The notes below the pieces were generated by a model that was not told where the DNA came from, made no database searches, and saw only the letters and a program-made list of their open reading frames with translations. A DNA stretch of 64,000 nucleotides, taken from UHGV virus genome UHGV-0084588. One strand, given 5' to 3'. This document shows positions 57,740 to 64,000 of this stretch, one piece after another. The DNA is from a virus. How positions within the stretch are numbered: the stretch's first letter is position 1; each line of letters starts with the position of its first letter. Made by a program: the position numbers and the translations under genes.

Positions 57740-57760
57740 TCAACCTGAAGGAGTATTATC

Positions 57761-58432
57761 ATGCCACCGAAAATTGGTAAAACCGTAATTGAAGAAACTG
57801 TAAAGAACGAGACTAAAGCCAACGAAGTTCAACATGCTGCGAAGGTTGAACTTTTACCCTGCGTTAATGAAATACTCGGGGTGAAATTCTTAACTTTTAG
57901 CCCGTATACTGACCTGGTTTTCGATTTTTATCAAGACCAGCCTTTCAACCTATTCACACTTGTCTGCACTTATAATGGCGATGTTCTGGCAGTTGCTCCT
58001 GGTCTTAATAGAGACAAGTTACTTACAGGTACGGTTATTACTGAAATTCTTCTGCGGTTAATGCATAAGTTTGAAGGACCTGAACTTGACAAAATTGCTG
58101 TTAAGTTAGCTGACTTACTAATCAATGCTGTCACCTGGTTGAGTTTTAACCCTTCTATCTATTTCCATTTCAATACAAATATTCTTCACGCCGTAACAGA
58201 CGATGGTAAAAAGTATCGCATCTTAATTAAGGGTGGGGTGCAACAACCTTTGTTCTCTAGACAAAACTGCCATATTAAGTTTTCGCCTGACTTGGTAGAA
58301 GTTTACGGCCAGCGAGTAGCGGCTGGCCACTACGATACCCATCTCAGATTTTTCAATTACCTGTATGAAAAATTAGGGAAAGCTGGCTTGACACCCAATC
58401 TTGCTTTCACAAGTTCTGCCCCTTTTGCGTGA
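57761..58432 (+). CDS. hypothetical protein
   Basis: 223-aa ORF with AAGGAG SD; terminator follows. Confidence 0.65.
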   Translation: MPPKIGKTVIEETVKNETKANEVQHAAKVELLPCVNEILGVKFLTFSPYTDLVFDFYQDQPFNLFTLVCTYNGDVLAVAPGLNRDKLLTGTVITEILLRLMHKFEGPELDKIAVKLADLLINAVTWLSFNPSIYFHFNTNILHAVTDDGKKYRILIKGGVQQPLFSRQNCHIKFSPDLVEVYGQRVAAGHYDTHLRFFNYLYEKLGKAGLTPNLAFTSSAPFA

Positions 58433-58444
58433 TGTTTAATAATT

Positions 58445-58478
58445 GGGGAACTTCGGTTCCCCTTTCTTTTTTGTTTTT
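58445..58478 (+). terminator. rho-independent terminator (repeat family B)
   Basis: ggggaa-cttcg-gttcccc then tttcttttttgttttt. Confidence 0.75.
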
Positions 58479-58526
58479 ACAGCTTTAGCGTATTGTTTTG
58501 AGACGACCTTTTAAGGAGTAATTAAC

Positions 58527-59525
58527 ATGGCTTTTAGGAAGACTATAGAACGTACCGCCACGGATTTAACAGTAGGTCGGTTGGCACGTAGAGATATTCG
58601 CAACCCTCAACTTCAGGCTTGTTTATCGGGTCCTAACGGTGCGGTGATTCGTGAGGCGTTGTGCAATAGTGAACTGAATACGTTCTCTTTACAAAAAGGA
58701 AAAACAATTCAAGGGTTTATCATCACAAAACACATTTACGGCGACCCAACGTTACACTGCTTGTATATGCATGAGATTGTACCGGGTTGTTTGAACAAAC
58801 TGAACCTACTACTGGTACTCGACTATACCGGTTTTACGTACCTTAACCGAATTGCCAGTGGTGTAGAAGAAATCGCTGAGCTTAATGACCTGGGATTTAG
58901 ACACGCCCACTCTACGTACCGTTTAGGCACACGTAAGTTACTGGATGTCGCACTACCAACGAACGTGAAGAACATCTCTGGCGATTTTTATAAAGAGTTA
59001 ACTGCCACACAACGCGAACAGCTTATGTTGCTTTTGGGTACGAGCGTCGTTGAAAACATCAACGCTGACCCTGTGGGCCGCACACGACAAATCATGCCAC
59101 AAGTCGAAACGTTGGTGGAATTAGTACGTCACGTCAACCACCACACCTACGTTTGGATGGACGGCAACGATGTTGTGGGCGTGGTGCAAGTTAAATTGCG
59201 TAATCTTAACGAGTGTGAATTAAAAGCCATTGCGGTGAGTGAAACACACCGGGGGCGTGGTATCGGACGGACTTTGTTATACCGTGCTCTGCAGATTGCA
59301 TCGACAACAGCGGCACCATTGGAGATAGGGTGTTTCAATAACAACCCTGCATTTAGACACCTGGTCGTCGAATTATTTAAATTTCGGCCCTACGATTACG
59401 AATTTGTTTTAGTGCGCGACGATGACGTCGTCAGTTGGGAGCGTCGGAAAAATCGTGTCGAGTTGGTGTTAGGCGACGAAGTGTCATCGTTACAAGGCGG
59501 ATATAATGCGGAAACCAATTATTAA
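58527..59525 (+). CDS. two-domain protein with C-terminal GNAT acetyltransferase domain
   Basis: C-terminal HRGRGIGRTLL motif; 332 aa. Confidence 0.6.
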   Translation: MAFRKTIERTATDLTVGRLARRDIRNPQLQACLSGPNGAVIREALCNSELNTFSLQKGKTIQGFIITKHIYGDPTLHCLYMHEIVPGCLNKLNLLLVLDYTGFTYLNRIASGVEEIAELNDLGFRHAHSTYRLGTRKLLDVALPTNVKNISGDFYKELTATQREQLMLLLGTSVVENINADPVGRTRQIMPQVETLVELVRHVNHHTYVWMDGNDVVGVVQVKLRNLNECELKAIAVSETHRGRGIGRTLLYRALQIASTTAAPLEIGCFNNNPAFRHLVVELFKFRPYDYEFVLVRDDDVVSWERRKNRVELVLGDEVSSLQGGYNAETNY

Positions 59526-60321
59526 GTGGATGGGTGGGAAAACACGTGTTTTAGGGGAATTACAAAAGGTCTTACCTAAACGTACAACCTTTGTAGAACC
59601 GTTTGTGGGTGCAGGGTCTGTTTTCCTAAATACGAACTACAGCCGGTATATTTTATCGGATTCTAACCCTGATTTGATACGCTTACTTTGCGTTGCGCGT
59701 GAACAGCCTGAAGAACTGATCGCTGCGTCGCAGCCGTTGTTCTTAGACGGTAATACCACTGTAAAGTATATGGAGCGTCGTGAGCTGTTTAATAGCGGTA
59801 AAACAATGTCAGAAGTTGAACGGGCAGCGATGTTTTTATACTTAATGCGTCACGGTTATAACGGGATGTGTCGTTATAACGGTAGCGGTGGGTTCAATGT
59901 TCCGTTTGGACGTTACCCGAATGGGGTTTATTATCCGTTAGAAGAAATTCGGGATTGGGCTAAACGTTGCGCAGAAGTCGACTATCTGGAGATTGTTTGT
60001 GAGGACTTTCGTTCCGTATTAGCACGGACGCCTGAGGATGCTGTGATTTATGCTGATCCTCCGTATATTCCGTTATCGGATACCGCGAAACATGCGCAAT
60101 ACCACCGTAAAGAATTCTCACAAACGGATCATCGAGAATTAGCCAAGTTACTACAGCAGCAGGTGGAACGTGGCAACAGTGTCGTGTTGTCAAATGCAGA
60201 CACCCTGCTCACCCGAGAAATTTATTACGGTTTTGAGTGGCGCAGTATTGAGGTCGGTCGCTATATGGGTGCGTCTGGCGCTGCTCGGAAAACGGTGACT
60301 GAATTACTGGGAGTGCTCTAA
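59506..60321 (+). CDS. dam: DNA adenine methyltransferase (Dam-like, N6-adenine)
   Basis: KWMGGK, VEPFVGAGSVFLNT, FLYLMRHGYNGMCRYN..FNVPFGRY, catalytic DPPY, VLSNADTLLTRE; near-collinear with E. coli Dam. Confidence 0.9.
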   Translation: MRKPIIKWMGGKTRVLGELQKVLPKRTTFVEPFVGAGSVFLNTNYSRYILSDSNPDLIRLLCVAREQPEELIAASQPLFLDGNTTVKYMERRELFNSGKTMSEVERAAMFLYLMRHGYNGMCRYNGSGGFNVPFGRYPNGVYYPLEEIRDWAKRCAEVDYLEIVCEDFRSVLARTPEDAVIYADPPYIPLSDTAKHAQYHRKEFSQTDHRELAKLLQQQVERGNSVVLSNADTLLTREIYYGFEWRSIEVGRYMGASGAARKTVTELLGVL

Positions 60322-61094
60322 TGCGCATAGTGGATATTCACGATTATCGTAATGACCATTTAGCAATTGGTGTCGACGGGAAAATGGTTTCACTAACCCG
60401 TGTACGGAAAGGGTTACTGGAAAAGGACGTCATTCGCGAGTCTGAAGATCCGACCTTTATCATTCTTTCGAACACGAATCAGCTACAAGGAATCTTCTCC
60501 GGTCGTGTCGATGGTAAGTTTTTCTACATGTCGGCAATCGTTGTGTTTGCGAAGAAGAAAATTAATTTCGCACAACTCAAACGTTTGTTAAAAGTGGAGA
60601 TGTTTGATGTCACATACCCTGCCAACGACCTAAAACGTCGTGACCAGTTAATGGTGTATTTGGGTATGCAGCCGACGTCTATCGACTATGACCTGACGTT
60701 TACTGAAGAACCTGAAGTTCGCACCGATTTACCTGATGTAGATGATATTGAATCTCTAACGTTAGAAGAAACGTTTACGATCCCTAAGGTGGTTAATGTC
60801 AGTTTAGATACATACTGTCTGGGATTGTTAGCTATTGGGGCTGCTGAAGGGCTGTGCTGTCGTAAAGACGGTAAAGTTGAAGGTATCTTAGTCTATTCGA
60901 AAATCAACGAAAAGACGTTTGCAACCGAAGGTTTCTTTTATAACGACTGTACTTACGGGATTGCGCTCTTGACCACATACTACCGTATTGCGTATTTAAA
61001 GGGTGCAACCGTGCGTCTTACTTTTCCATACTCAGCACCTCCAGCAATGTCTGGTGTTGAGGTAGAAGCATTAACTGGCCATTTTATCTTTTAA
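60321..61094 (+). CDS. hypothetical protein
   Basis: 257-aa ORF, start overlaps dam stop. Confidence 0.65.
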   Translation: MRIVDIHDYRNDHLAIGVDGKMVSLTRVRKGLLEKDVIRESEDPTFIILSNTNQLQGIFSGRVDGKFFYMSAIVVFAKKKINFAQLKRLLKVEMFDVTYPANDLKRRDQLMVYLGMQPTSIDYDLTFTEEPEVRTDLPDVDDIESLTLEETFTIPKVVNVSLDTYCLGLLAIGAAEGLCCRKDGKVEGILVYSKINEKTFATEGFFYNDCTYGIALLTTYYRIAYLKGATVRLTFPYSAPPAMSGVEVEALTGHFIF

Positions 61095-61103
61095 GGACAT
61101 TGA

Positions 61104-61331
61104 ATGGAAATCAAGCGTATTGTAACCAAAGACAAAAAGATTACTTATGTCGCAGGTGATAACGAATTCTCGGCGGTTATTAATGACGAGAACGTGCTGA
61201 TTATCGGTTATCCGGGTAAAGTTATTACCCGCAGTCATCAGCGCGTGATTGACAAGCTTATCGCCAAAGCAAAAGCGCGCGACGGTGTTGGTTCAGTACA
61301 AACCCATACCGGGTTAACGTTGGCTCTCTAG
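61104..61331 (+). CDS. small hypothetical protein
   Basis: 75-aa ORF. Confidence 0.5.
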   Translation: MEIKRIVTKDKKITYVAGDNEFSAVINDENVLIIGYPGKVITRSHQRVIDKLIAKAKARDGVGSVQTHTGLTLAL

Positions 61332-61369
61332 CCAGCAGGTAATATGACCTCTTAACTGGAGACTTAGAG

Positions 61370-61876
61370 ATGAAAGAGACTCTGGATTTTAATCAGCTGG
61401 AGCAGCACGATTTTGATCTCGGTGTTCGCGACTTAGAAACTGACTACGAAACACGTTGTAAAGAATTCTTTAATCGCTACGGGCAATTGATTACCGGGGC
61501 ATCTGAAGACACCGAATTCTCGTTAGACGATTTCGAAAAGATTCTGTCTTGCTTTATCACCGACAGCTTAGCGAAACAGGCATTGCTGGTAGAACAGAAC
61601 CTGCAAATGGTGGAGCCTACAGATGCTCACGCTGTGCTAAAAGAATCCATTATTCCGAACGACGAAATTATGGATGCGGTAGCAGGTATTCGTGGTACGT
61701 TCGACACAGCCGTAGAAGACTATGCCGAACAGCTTCGTGAGTCTGGGCTAACGTTGTGTGCGCCTGCGGGCGAACAGCTACCTTCTGAAGAAGAAACGGA
61801 AGAAGCACGTAATCGCTTAGCGCGTTATGTGATTACTTCTGTGTTAGTAGACGATCGCGAAGAAAACGTACTGTAA
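61370..61876 (+). CDS. acidic hypothetical protein
   Basis: 168 aa, D/E-rich; terminator follows. Confidence 0.65.
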   Translation: MKETLDFNQLEQHDFDLGVRDLETDYETRCKEFFNRYGQLITGASEDTEFSLDDFEKILSCFITDSLAKQALLVEQNLQMVEPTDAHAVLKESIIPNDEIMDAVAGIRGTFDTAVEDYAEQLRESGLTLCAPAGEQLPSEEETEEARNRLARYVITSVLVDDREENVL

Positions 61877-61880
61877 ACCT

Positions 61881-61917
61881 TCCCTCTCTCCGTTTGGAGA
61901 GAGGGAGTATTTATTTT
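61881..61917 (+). terminator. rho-independent terminator (repeat family C)
   Basis: ccctctctcc-gttt-ggagagaggg then agtatttattttt. Confidence 0.7.
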
Positions 61918-61974
61918 TACGCTTTCGCGTCTAATTATGCACACGTAAACAAAATTAATTGAGGAACAGCTTAA

Positions 61975-62292
61975 ATGTGGTTAAGTGCGATTCACCGTGA
62001 TTTACCAAAACAAGAAATGGTATTTACCGTTGGGGAACCAGCAACTGTAGTAGGTGTTGCTAAGTTCGAAAGGGTGGAAGAAGGTCAATTCGTCGTAGTA
62101 GACGACAACGAGAACGAATTCATGTTGTTCCACCCTGAGGTCGATACCTCTGAAATCTGTGAGGGTTCTCTTCTGTTGTCCTGGCAAAACCCTGAAACCG
62201 GTGCATGGATGTGGTGTGTTGCTAAACCGACAAATGAAGCCGGAACCGCATACGTGTTTGGGGAAACTTATGTCGAGCCAAAACCACACTAA
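61975..62292 (+). CDS. hypothetical protein
   Basis: 105-aa ORF with GAGGAA SD. Confidence 0.6.
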   Translation: MWLSAIHRDLPKQEMVFTVGEPATVVGVAKFERVEEGQFVVVDDNENEFMLFHPEVDTSEICEGSLLLSWQNPETGAWMWCVAKPTNEAGTAYVFGETYVEPKPH

Positions 62293-62578
62293 TACCGACG
62301 AAACGAATTTACAGCGCTTGCAACGGGCACTAACTGCACCGCTAGGTGGCGAGATTCACGAACGTTGGGTAATTGCGAGGGTGGTAGAAATTGACTATTC
62401 TCAGGATCAGTTGCTGTTAAATAACTGCTCGTCGAACGTGCCTTTCACGTTACCGCGTGCTGTATTCCGCCTTACCCCCAACGTTGATGAAATACTGACT
62501 ATTGACAGGAAACTTCTATCGATAGAACTTCAGCATTTCCCGCTACCTGGTAAGTCGGTTAATATTGCGCTGTGTTAA
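62270..62578 (+). CDS. hypothetical protein
   Basis: 103-aa ORF from ATG 62270 overlapping upstream end; upstream part of track ORF treated as non-coding. Confidence 0.45.
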   Translation: MSSQNHTNTDETNLQRLQRALTAPLGGEIHERWVIARVVEIDYSQDQLLLNNCSSNVPFTLPRAVFRLTPNVDEILTIDRKLLSIELQHFPLPGKSVNIALC

Positions 62579-62597
62579 TGACAGTCTAAAAAACTTA

Positions 62598-62628
62598 AGA
62601 TATATTTCATCTATGTGAGAATTCTCAC
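62598..62628 (+). promoter_or_regulatory. promoter-like element, copy 4 (variant)
   Basis: AGATATATttcatctatGTGAGA with same N9 spacing; GTGAGAATTCTCAC perfect palindrome; upstream of CDS 62652. Confidence 0.45.
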
Positions 62629-62651
62629 TTAACTAAATGGAGTAATCTAAA

Positions 62652-62921
62652 ATGGCTAAGATTTACATTGTTGAGAAACGTGCGGGTAATGTTCTTTCTT
62701 ATTACGAAGAAGGTAAGCCTGAGAAAATCAAAACACTCAAACTCGACGGGTACGATGTGAAGAGTTTACGTAAGGGTGTGAAGATTACCTTTAAAGGTCT
62801 GGTTCGCGCAGGTAACCTACACATTGTTAAGACTGACGGTACGATGGCTGCGTTAGCACCTGTCAGTGCTGCGAAAACGACAGCAGGTCGTGGCTGCTAC
62901 GGTAGCAGTCGTAAGATTTAA
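62652..62921 (+). CDS. hypothetical protein (putative early gene)
   Basis: 89 aa; preceded by promoter-like element 62598-62628; terminator follows. Confidence 0.6.
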   Translation: MAKIYIVEKRAGNVLSYYEEGKPEKIKTLKLDGYDVKSLRKGVKITFKGLVRAGNLHIVKTDGTMAALAPVSAAKTTAGRGCYGSSRKI

Positions 62922-62928
62922 GCAGTGC

Positions 62929-62967
62929 CCCTCTCTCCGTTTGGAGAGAGGGTACTTTTATTTTTCT
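62929..62967 (+). terminator. rho-independent terminator (repeat family C)
   Basis: Identical hairpin ccctctctcc-gttt-ggagagaggg then tacttttatttttc. Confidence 0.7.
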
Positions 62968-62979
62968 TCGAGGTGTGTG

Positions 62980-63468
62980 ATGACAACGGTATTAGTAACA
63001 AAGGATTACATTTTAGCTGACCGACTTGTGGATTATGGTGGCACGGTTAAAGAATTGCCCAAACTGCACAAACACAAAAACAAGTTTGTTTTCTACACGG
63101 GAGAACGTGTACTGGACACCGAATTTTGGAAAATATCGATTACCGCTGCTATAGAAGAATATTTAGACGAGGATAAACGTCAGAAAGTTGAGCCCTTGCT
63201 TGCAGATCTTTTCGAAAAAGAGCGAATATTCGATCAAATCGTCATTTTTACGGCTAGAGAAACACATTGGTTGACATTAGTGGCAGATAAGTTTAAAACG
63301 TTTGTAATAAATAAAAATGCGGTTTGGGCAACGGGTTCTGGTGGAGGATTTGCGCGGGCTGCTTGGGCAACTGGAATATCAGAAAAGAAAATTATGCCAT
63401 TGGTAGGTTCTATTGATCCGTCTAGCTCGACCACTTACGACTTGTTTTACAGGAAGGGTTTACGATGA
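62980..63468 (+). CDS. hypothetical protein
   Basis: ATG 62980 after terminator; track ORF start 62866 lies inside terminator hairpin. Confidence 0.6.
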   Translation: MTTVLVTKDYILADRLVDYGGTVKELPKLHKHKNKFVFYTGERVLDTEFWKISITAAIEEYLDEDKRQKVEPLLADLFEKERIFDQIVIFTARETHWLTLVADKFKTFVINKNAVWATGSGGGFARAAWATGISEKKIMPLVGSIDPSSSTTYDLFYRKGLR

Positions 63469-63986
63469 AGATAAATGCGGTTTTAATCGGCGATGAAATA
63501 TTCGTGAATACAAAAACACAATATTTGTATTACGAAGGTATTACTGTAATAGACGATTATTACGGTAAATACGGTTGGTGGATTCCGTCCCCTAACTCTT
63601 TACGATTAGAAGATGCATTAACCGCCGAAAAGAACAAATTGGATACCGATTGGACTTATATCAGTTCCGTAATTGACGCCAGTGGCCGAATTAAAGATGT
63701 CTACTGGACTAAGGAGTCAGGTTGGCGCGTTACGCTTCATCAACCCGCACCGGTAAGAGTGCTGTACGATCACTCGGACAGTTCAGAATTAGCGTTTACC
63801 ATTGAGACGCTCTCGCTACGTAAAGATTTAGATAACGTAGGTAAAGGGAAGTGGTCGATTGAGCGTGTAGAGGAGATTCTCAGTCACTTTAAAGCCAACA
63901 ACAAATTTAAACGTTGGTGTACATTACCTGAGCTAGTAGAGGAGTTGAAAAAGCGGGGTTGCAAGCCGCTACCTTTTAATCCGTAG
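63465..63986 (+). CDS. hypothetical protein
   Basis: 173-aa ORF, ATGA overlap with upstream stop. Confidence 0.65.
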   Translation: MKINAVLIGDEIFVNTKTQYLYYEGITVIDDYYGKYGWWIPSPNSLRLEDALTAEKNKLDTDWTYISSVIDASGRIKDVYWTKESGWRVTLHQPAPVRVLYDHSDSSELAFTIETLSLRKDLDNVGKGKWSIERVEEILSHFKANNKFKRWCTLPELVEELKKRGCKPLPFNP

Positions 63987-64000
63987 TCTTTTTTACAACT

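Noticed and set aside
1-64000. T4-like identity suggested by DHFR, Dam and nucleotide kinase genes
   Set aside because: Gene order, the 764-aa capsid-size protein and the promoter element do not match T4-type organisation; these auxiliary genes are common to many large phages.
1-64000. CRISPR arrays, integrase, transposase or insertion sequences
   Set aside because: No regularly spaced direct repeats with unique spacers, no recombinase motifs and no terminal inverted repeats flanking a transposase-like ORF were seen.

Overview
This window is a densely packed, almost entirely coding 64-kb segment of a large dsDNA phage genome, most consistent with a phiKZ-like jumbo phage of an enterobacterial host. 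I call about 70 genes, nearly all on the + strand with three short minus-strand blocks (7307-9088, 12670-16922, 32559-34121, 42384-45101). All calls rest on reading motifs by eye; no database search, gene finder or folding program was run. Supporting the phage identity: about 20 rho-independent terminators with GC hairpins (often TTCG loops) plus T-runs; a 764-aa putative major capsid protein with strongly host-optimised codons; a recurrent promoter-like element containing TATATTAC, which matches my recollection of the early-promoter core of phiKZ-type phages; and AQE motifs resembling prohead-protease sites. Recognisable auxiliary genes are dihydrofolate reductase, Dam methyltransferase, a thymidylate-kinase-like kinase, a RuvC-like resolvase, a PolB-type DEDDy exonuclease, three GNAT acetyltransferases, an HTH regulator and an HExxH metallopeptidase. 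I found no rRNA, tRNA, CRISPR array, integrase or transposase. The most interesting signals are: (1) an intergenic array at 31.7-32.5 kb of repeated stem-loop modules with compensatory base changes, interleaved with two paralogous micro-ORFs; (2) a five-member family of a ~40-nt promoter-like element followed by a structure-conserved hairpin, marking independent transcription units; (3) an unannotated 47-aa codon-optimised putative lipoprotein behind one of these promoters; (4) a tandem pair of paralogous, apparently very highly expressed proteins with acidic N-terminal segments. I could not pin down a single named system, so these are candidates rather than a confirmed discovery.
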